Shown: one piece after another, positions 40,277 to 64,000 of the stretch
Numbering within the stretch: position 1 is the stretch's first letter
Layout of the letters: every line of letters starts with the position of its first letter
NCBI GenBank assembly: GCA_963693365.1
Contig: CAVNZM010000007.1
Location: 6,817,962-6,881,961 of the forward strand
DNA: 64,000 bases
From: Amoebidium appalachense
Lineage: Eukaryota > Protista > Ichthyosporea
Direction: 5' to 3'
Notes under the pieces: generated by a model
The model's database searches: none
Told to the model about the DNA's origin: nothing
What the model saw: only the letters and a program-made list of their open reading frames with translations
Program-made: the position numbers and the translations under genes

Positions 40277-42272
40277 GAGAGAGAGAGAGAGAGAGAGAGT
40301 AAGGGAGAGCTGAGCAAAGGCTGGTCCATAATAAAACAGTTATGTGTTTGGTTAAAAAGGACTATCATAAAACGAACCACGGATTCCCACCTCCACCTGG
40401 CGCCTAAAGCATACACGTGGTTCCGTAACATCTGCACCAGGGAGGTCCTGCGTGGGAAAGCATGCAAGGTGAGTTAATCTCAAAAGGGGTTTATTTTAAG
40501 TTTCCGGGTTGGGTCAGAACGGAATTTGGTTTTATGCAATATGATTTGCGTGTTGCGCACCTGCTTAACCCGAAAGACCCAAGAAATCTAACCTACAAGA
40601 AACTCCTTATTGGTTTAGTGTCCGTTGTGATTTACCTAACAACTGAAGCTGTTTTTGTATGGGTCCTGGCCGGCCTTTATCGACAGCATGCAAGAAAGCG
40701 TCTTTGGTGGGCCAAAAAAAACACCAAATAACAAACACCATGGCGTAGAAAGTGATACATTACCACACCAGGCTCTTGAATTTAAAATGATTAGGTGGTA
40801 TAGGAAACGACAAGTGAAAAACACCCACGTAAGCTCAATCTAGGAGAACGGCGAAAAATCTAAAGATCCAGGTCGCAATTCTTTCCCCCTGGTTTCATAG
40901 TTTCATAAAATGCCGATATGAGCATATGTGGTACTTGGATCCAACGCATCGCTCTTTCTTTAGTTTGTGCACTTGTTCTCAAGTGGTGTGCATTGAGTAC
41001 CAAACAGGTTATAGTGCGTCACCTAAGGTGTTCAACATGTTCTCCTTAAATTTCTACAAGTTTTTTTTTTCCTTTTTTGTGTGTGTGTGTTTGTGTGTTT
41101 TTGTTGTTTTTGGGTGCAACGTACCATCAGCAGGAAGTTAGCCAGGCTGTACACGTGCTCCCTCGACATGTGGTTGGGGATGTCCAGCACCCCATAGCGC
41201 AGATAGTCCAGAAGCGGCTCAAAATACCGCCCTGCACCCGTTGCAACATCAGCCAATCTCGGCGCAAACTAGAGGTTTCATGACCTAACACGGAGCTGTG
41301 ATTGAAAGTAAAGCCGTGACCAAAGTGCAAATGCGCATGGCCATGCCTGCCTACGAGGTATACACATGCTGTATGTACATGTACACACTCGCAAAAGAGC
41401 ACGTACATAGAGAAGCTGATGTGCTTGCAACTATGCATGCACATGGGAATGCACAAATACGCGTGAGTGCTCTACTAAAAATAATGGAGGCACTCATGCC
41501 GACATCTGCTTATGTCAGCATGTACATACTTGCATTCTAGTGCATGGGAATACCATGCAACAGCTATGCACAATCACACATACAGATTAACACACAGGTA
41601 ACCTGCAAATTGTGCAACATCCACCTAGGTGGCCATGCACATGCACCCATCGACACACCAAAAAGATGCAAAACGATCTGTTTTTATAACCATACGACGG
41701 CGTAAAGCATATCCAAACAACAGCCTAAGCATCCATCACTACTCCTCACCATTCTGATCGATGAAGAATGCACCCGTTTCGTCTCTGTCGGACGGTATAC
41801 GTCCACCGAGAAGTACTGAGAAAAACGTCTCCCCAGAGCCGTGGAGTAGAGTCTCTCGGCTTGTGACATACACAAAGCCACCAATGTTCAACTGCAAAGA
41901 ATGTTAAGTGTTGGATACCTGTGTTGAAAGGGTGTGTATCATATAACCACAGTCTAGCATTCATGACACTCTGTCTCGCGGTTGTAGCAGGCACAACTGA
42001 ACCTTGAGCAGCACACGTAACAACTGGCAGAGAAAGTGCAGCCGATGTCAAAAGGTTAGCAGTTTGCAAGAAAACAAGACAACGAGCCAATCCCCTCCAT
42101 CACAACCCCTCACCCTCCTACAGCTATTCATAGTCATCAACTACAATCCCGCTCTACTGTTAAGTGAAGCCCATACCTTGACAAGGCGGTTCGAAGTTGA
42201 AAGGTTGGCCTGTGTTGACAGGCCGGAACTACTGCTGCAATCCAAATGAGCCATGTTGTGCCTGTTTGCCAT
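34634..42272 (-). CDS. BTB/POZ plus pentapeptide-repeat protein (KCTD9-like architecture), 11 exons
   Basis: Exons 42272-42177, 41891-41750, 41231-41125, 39797-39742, 39502-39382, 38969-38827, 37854-37789, 36749-36691, 36247-36128, 35515-35351, 34773-34634, all GT-AG. They give [19 protein letters not shown]...[22 protein letters not shown] followed by pentapeptides ([20 protein letters not shown]; [15 protein letters not shown]). One 1-nt indel is needed in exon 8. Confidence 0.88.
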
Positions 42273-43785
42273 GTTGTGTCTTCGGCTTGCCTTTGATAAT
42301 CTATTCCCGTATAGTATAAATGGGAAGGTGATTAACTGGCGGAGTGTACTAAGTCGTTCATGTGTAGTGAAGCAACAAAGGCACAGAGATGTAGAGTTTC
42401 GTGAAGCAAAACCTGTGGGGTCTAAACGACAAACGCCGTCCAAATCCTGCAATGTGGTACCAGTCGGTGTCCCTTTTAGAAGGATGTTTTGGTGGAATGA
42501 AGACCTTGTAAAATGAATGGACTTGCGGGAAGCAGGCTGCAAGCAAGTAAGCGTAGAATATCGTGAGTCAACACAGAGGTTTAGGCGGCCCTAATCTTAG
42601 TAAAATCCGCAACAGTTCACGCACTACCATTGTAGCTTGATGATACGCCTAAGACCTTTCAAACTCCTTCCAGGCATATTCTCCTCTGTGGATAGGCCAC
42701 TATATCTGAAATGCCCCTTCAGTTTGGGGACATGCATTACTAATGACACGGTTTTTTGGGCCGCTTACGAACCCCAAAGTTTAGTCTAAAGCCACCGGTG
42801 ATCATCTGGAGGGGGGCCGGTGTGACAGAGTCGAGACGAGCCGTGAGGAATGTGCACGGCGCAAATGATTGGCTGGAGTGTCCGTTATAGCAATAGATGA
42901 TTGGTTCCTGGCTCTGGATTTTCCAAAAAGGCAAGGTTACTCGCTTTCGTGAGCCACATACGTCACCGTGATGCTAAAGCTGCCGCAAACGACTCGATGT
43001 CAAAGCAAGAAGAGGGAACAAAACCAATAGGTATATACCTTCTAACATATATATATATCCTCTGTAATATGAAGAATATTTTGGAAAGGAAATCCCGCAC
43101 CTGTGATTGTAGAGATGCTTGAGGGTCCGCAGCCAGCATGCATGCGGCTTCGGATTCGAAAAGTTCGAACACCAAATATAGCAATACAAACGATAAAACG
43201 ATTCGTTTAAACTGCACCCTGTTTTTATTGGCTCTAACATCACCGTCAACGGACAAACTCTGCCACAGAGTTTCAAACGGCCGCACACTGAGACACTGCA
43301 CATAGGTACCTGCACACCTTGTCTGACACATGTGCCGATATGCCAAGTTTTTGGCTTCAGGGGTCCTAATATTACATAGTAGAGTTGAAACCGACCGGAG
43401 ACTTCATAAGTTACTTCTACCGAAAGTCTCCTGGGCGCGGATAATGGAACCTCTCCACCATGAACAGAAATGTAGGTTACACTACCTTTGGTATCATATG
43501 ATCACTTCTAGTTTGTAGTTGATGTTTCTCTTGGATCCAAACGCTACCCTTTCCCTCTTCCTCCCTTTGCCCCCGATTCGCGTGCTCTCACAAGCAGCGT
43601 TTAGCAGGAGCTTCATGCTTTTTTTCGTTCAGGGTATATACAAAGCACCTTTTACAAGGAAGCTATTCCCACCGAAAACATCTGTCCACCTCCTCAACTA
43701 GGGTGTTAGCCTTTGCCTAACCCAGGAAAAGCATGAACACCTCCGAGGATCCAACCTAAAGAAGGCACTCGATCGCACCACACGG

Positions 43786-43928
<143 letters not shown>

Positions 43929-44382
43929 TGCACTTGCACATGCACACACACACGGGCATATGGGCACGTTTCGGACATGGACACACGCACACACGTGTCC
44001 ATTTTGAAGGCATGGCTTGCAAATGCAAATATATAGTTGACCTATCTAGGTGCAGCCTTCACATTCTTCTTATACTTTTCCTTCCACAACTCTATTCTCT
44101 GCAACACCCACCCAAAACCCACGCCCTTCAACCCACATCTTCATGTTCCTTTCTTTTCAACCCTGGTGAGCCCCCTCCTCCCCTCCCCCACTCCCGCGCC
44201 GGTTCCCTGCACCACCTGTCCCACGTTCCGTTATCCCTAGCCACATTCTGGCTCCCCCCCCCCCCCCCCCCCCCCTCCCCCCCCCCCCCCCCCGCTCCCG
44301 GCCTCCTGGGGGTCTCATTAGACAGATGAGCTTTACAGGTTTGCACACTAGATCTGACAGTGACTTACGTTCTGCTTGACAG

Positions 44383-59572
<15,190 letters not shown>

Positions 59573-60518
59573 ACAGGTTCTATCTTTTAATCCACCGTCG
59601 TTAAAGGAGGTGGGGTTTATTAGGGCACACATAGATAGAATGGGGTTTTCTGGGTGGGTTTGGCGTGATATGAGAGTCCCGGGTTCTGACTCGATATGGA
59701 TTGACGCTCTCCAAACGTCTGACTCATTTAGATTATCTTGGTTCAGAAGACCGAAGAGTGGGGAAAGAATAACTAATTAATACACTACCTCGGAGTATTA
59801 GTTGTATAGGTAAAACGGTTTAATATCAAGAAAATCTAAGTCATGTGGAGAGGCACGCACGCTCCTGATTTATGACTTCCGAAAAAGTTATGAAGCGCTT
59901 CTGCTGGTAGCTTGGAGCGCTATTGATGGCTTCGTTAAAAACCATTCAATGACGTGGAAGAGGTGCTTTTAAGCGGCGAGGGCAGGAATTGCAGGACACC
60001 GGTGTGTGGGCACAATTTGAATAAATGCCGTGGTTGTGGATATACTACAACATTGAAGTCCTCGATGTACGGATATGTAATGATTGCCTGGTTGTATGTA
60101 TGATTACATACCTTAGTGTTTAAGCCATCATTAGGCTCGATGTTCTTCAAGGTAATAACAATGAAAATTCACTCAAGGAGACGACCTTTCTATGATTGCT
60201 GAGGAAAGAGCTTGAAAATGATCGTGTGTCTCCGTGCCGTCTCGTTTACTAGTGCATGTACGTGCCCACAGTTCGCACACACGCACGAAACGCACACGGC
60301 TGCAGAGATGCTCAGACGCCGTGCATGCTCCTGCCGCGCACACATGCACACATGTAACAACACCCCCTTTTGGGATTCAGATAGGCATACACACACGCAC
60401 ACACACACACGCACTCAAAACACACACGCACCCGGCGCGCACGCACGTACACGTGCGCGCACGTGTACATCGTAGTCTCCCTCTTCCTCTCTCTTTCTCC
60501 CTCCCCCCCCCCTCCCCC

Positions 60519-60559
<41 letters not shown>

Positions 60560-60741
60560 CTCCCCCCCCACCTAGTCTCTCTCTCTCTCGGGATCTCTCG
60601 GGATCTCTCGGGATCTCTCGGATCTCTCTCGAGATCTGTCGTCTGTCTGTCTTCCTTGCCCTTTCATGTCACCCACTCTCTTCTCCCCCTCCCCCCTCGC
60701 CCCTAATCAAAGCCCTCTATTGAGTCCCCCCTCCCCCCCCC

Positions 60742-60780
<39 letters not shown>

Positions 60781-60912
60781 CTCCTCCCCAAGCTTCTCCT
60801 CCTGCTGCCATCAAAAAATTTGCACTGCAATGGAGCACGGCCCTCTGAAAAAAAGAGCCGTGAATGGAGGCTCTAGCTAGGTCTCACGGTGGAGCCGGGG
60901 TGCGCCGCGGCC

Positions 60913-61637
60913 CGCGGCGGCAGGCTGTGAGATTAGGGGGTTTAGGGCCAAAATTTTTGTCACTGTCGTCCGAAACCTAGCTATTTGAGGTTAGGTCCGT
61001 CGATTCTCCTAAAATTGGCCCTAGCTAGCAAGGCCATATATCTCGATATATACTATGATAAGAAAAGTAAGGCTAAAAATTGTTGACCCTAACAGGGCCA
61101 TCCAGGCTCGTGAAATGGCATGCGTTGCACGGCCAAAAACAAAATTCACACCTGCGCCGGAGCCTTCATGACTTGACTTGACTTATAATTATAATCGGCA
61201 GCTGGAGCTTGTGACTTGACTTAACTTGGAGTCGCGACTTGAGACCCTGTGACTCAAGTAGCGTTTTAGGTGACTTGTTACTATTTTTAGTGCATCTTTT
61301 AAGCATATGGCCCCATGGGCCCGACGTCACCGGGAGAAGTAAGAAGGGGGGGGGGGGGAGGAGGAGAGGGGGGCCGCCTCCGGAGTCCTCCGGGCCCTCA
61401 GTCCCTTCGAGCTTCCCCCCCCCGACATACCCTCCCCCCCCTTTTCTCTTGACTGGGATTTATTGATCAGTTGATATGAAGCCCCCACCCTCCCCCCTCG
61501 AGCCCCGGGCCCTCCTCCCTTGAAGTCACCTCCCAGTCACACCTGATCATGCTGACTTGACTTGACTCAAGTCAGGAACTTTCTTGACTTCAAGTCGCGA
61601 TTCGGAGTCAAGTCGCCCGGCACACCCTGGCGCCGCG
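60913..61637. mobile_element. Non-autonomous hAT-like DNA transposon remnant
   Basis: Many GACTT/AAGTC pentamers (61160-61260, 61553-61615). Right end cacaccctg reads CAGGGTGTG on the minus strand. Imperfect 17-bp inverted repeat at 60913-60929 / 61621-61637. No convincing TSD. Confidence 0.45.
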
Positions 61638-63306
61638 CCGCCGACCACTTGATCATGAGGACACATACCTGTGATCAGTTGGGCTCTTTTGATTAGTTCA
61701 AACTGCACCTAGTAATCAAGAGATGTGATGCGCATGCAATCTGATGAATGGATGCAGCAATGAAGTGAATGTGGCAGCCATTCACAAGCTATGGCGATTG
61801 ACTCTTGCGAACGGTTGTACCTACACGTCCCTGAGTTTTTTAATTTTTATTTTATCGTTTGTTTTGGATATCACGATTACATTATTTGGTGTATTATTAC
61901 ATTCATTTTTAAATTAAATATTTTCAGTCGAACCGTTTATTGACCTGAGGTTGTGAATCAAAGTTGTGATAACACGTTAGCCAATCACATACATGAAGCT
62001 TATTTGCTTTTTGACTGGATTTTTGTAAGACAGGCGACCACGCGAGCACATGTGCGGCCGTAGTGCTTGTATACGTAAGACCACTGGATATCGATCCGCA
62101 AAAGCTACCACTAATATTGTTTTTCTTGAGGAAGAGATCTTTTTTAGCTTCTTCTTAGCTATAATTTTTTTTTTCCTGTTTTACTGTCCTTGTAAGCTTA
62201 GCTCATAGTATCACGAACGCGGACTTTATAGCAGCAAGGAAATGTGCATCAGTTTTTGATTGGCTCTCAAATGAAACGAATACTCGACACTGCTCGTGAG
62301 CAGAGAAGGCGCCAGAAAAAAGCAGTGGCTTACCGTTTTTTGAGAACTCTTAGCTGCTTGGAATCAAGCTCAATTTTTGTTCTATATAAATATTTCTTCT
62401 TCCTACTAAGAGATCATCTTTTTATAATGACAATTTGTCTGAGGGTGGCATGACTGGCATCAAAGTGACGGGATCTATTCCCACGCTTTGCTTGGGATGT
62501 TTTATTATGACGCAATATTGAGCCACAAGGTCCAATCGGGTGCTTCACACAGATTTGTCCTGGCGCAATCTGGTGGGGGTCCAACTTGCCAACCGTCCAA
62601 GGCTCAATTTCTAGCCTGGTGAGAGAACAAAAAAAAACAGTGATCGTCCAGAAATTGGATTTATGGAAGCCCAAAACAAGTTCATCTATAATTATTCCAT
62701 ACCCTTTTTTCCCTCGCAAACTCTGCCTTGGTGCATCTTTAGGTTTGAACAGGTGCCCGGGCCGATGAAATCGTAATCTTTTTGCACCCACTCTGGAAGT
62801 TACGAAACCGAGTAAGCGTTTTCATTGGCTTTATGCCGAATTATACAGGGTCTGCAATAGCGTGGACGCTTTACAGGCTGCAAATCTAAAATTTGATGAT
62901 TGAATCCACACCTACACCCTCAAATCCTTTAACAAATTTCAATCAAACCCTAAATTAATGATTACACAACTAATAAATCGGCTGGGTTTGAACCCTTCGC
63001 TTCGCGCCAGAATACCCTCTGCGTTCGTCACCGGAGAAACATAATGGCCAGTGCTGCCCTTCTGAATGCCAGTTTGGTGCTTGTCGTGGTTTCAAAGCGA
63101 GCCTTGCAGACGTTTCCACTTTTGCCTATCAAGTTGACTCAAAAACACGCCCAAAATAATGCTGTAAACGCGCTAACAAAAAAGGGCTAAGAGGAAAAGT
63201 TAGTTTAGTAGAAGGCTCACTTTTTACCATAGTACAAGCACACCTCTACACACTCCGTGTAGCACACTAGTAGACCTACGCACACCATTATACTGACACT
63301 TTCAAG

Positions 63307-64000
63307 ATGGTGGAGTTGGCACGCGAACCATTGCACAAGCCCGAGGAGGGCGGGTCTAGACACTACAAAATTCAGAGGTTGATAAACCGTGGCAACTTTG
63401 CACAAGTATACCTCGCACTAGACGAAAATACGCAGAAGGAAGTAGCTTTAAAGATCATAACAACATCCTCGCGTCAAGCAGAAGAGTCCATAGCAAAAGA
63501 AATGGACATTTCTGTGCGCGCAGTACACCCAGCGATTATCCGTACATACGAGGCTTTTAAAGACAGTGACGGGCAAACTTATATCGCACAAGAGCTAGCC
63601 AAGGATGGTGACCTCTACGACTATCTCATGGAACACGGGTCCTGCAAACCACACGAAGAACAGAGGCTAAAGGACGTGTTCAAGCAAATTGCCTCCGCGC
63701 TTGACTACCTCCACAACACCCTTCACGTAGTCCATCGCGATGTCAAGCTCGAAAACGTTTGCATCGTCCGCTCGGAAAACCCAACGGAAACCCCAACGGT
63801 TCGTCTTTTAGATTTCGGCCTCGCCGAAGAGATTCCAGAAGACGGCAAGTTGAGAATTCGTCCGGGGCTCGTTGGTACCTCAGTATACATTGCGCCAGAG
63901 GTCGTGTCACTGCGCAGACGTGGTGGTGTTCTGTGTGACCCAACCAAACAGGACAGTTTCGCGCTCGGTGTCATGCTCTACGCCCTACTAACGGGTAATT
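63307..64000 (+). CDS. Ser/Thr protein kinase, CAMK-group-like, truncated by the right edge
   Basis: ATG at 63307 (in-frame stop at 63271). RGNFAQV, VALK, HRDVKLEN, DFG, GTSVYIAPE and DSFALGVMLY in one uninterrupted frame. Confidence 0.95.
   Translation, partial: MVELAREPLHKPEEGGSRHYKIQRLINRGNFAQVYLALDENTQKEVALKIITTSSRQAEESIAKEMDISVRAVHPAIIRTYEAFKDSDGQTYIAQELAKDGDLYDYLMEHGSCKPHEEQRLKDVFKQIASALDYLHNTLHVVHRDVKLENVCIVRSENPTETPTVRLLDFGLAEEIPEDGKLRIRPGLVGTSVYIAPEVVSLRRRGGVLCDPTKQDSFALGVMLYALLTGN

Noticed and set aside
62980-63025. tRNA or tRNA-derived SINE (B-box-like GGTTCAAACC on the minus strand)
   Set aside because: No A box or cloverleaf could be built.

Overview
Eukaryotic nuclear DNA with spliceosomal GT-AG introns and several CTAAC/TACTAAC branch sites. 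Introns and spacers are flooded with G/C homopolymers (often 20-80 nt) and CA/GA microsatellites, so most listed ORFs are artefacts. By hand I reconstructed, left to right: three minus-strand, large-exon genes of unknown function (one with an RS-repeat region); a 5'-truncated Penelope-like (Naiad/Chlamys-type) retroelement sitting between two poly(C) tracts; a frameshifted F-box/LRR gene; a 5'-truncated, intron-containing Dada-like DDE transposase; an 11-exon BTB plus pentapeptide-repeat (KCTD9-like) gene; a divergently transcribed multi-exon CFAP20DC/C3orf67-like gene; a GACTT-rich hAT-like remnant; and the 5' part of a CAMK-group kinase. The most interesting signal is non-coding. Three different repeated sequence families fold into RNA structures with pairing-preserving substitutions, and each ends at a C-run. 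One appears to be the retroelement's 3' terminus (6-7 dispersed copies). One is a tandem pair 3' of the RT. One is a ~240-270-nt possibly pseudoknotted element carrying ATGGAGG|GTAAGT upstream of two unrelated genes. All folds and family assignments were made by eye and from recalled motifs, and have not been computed or searched.
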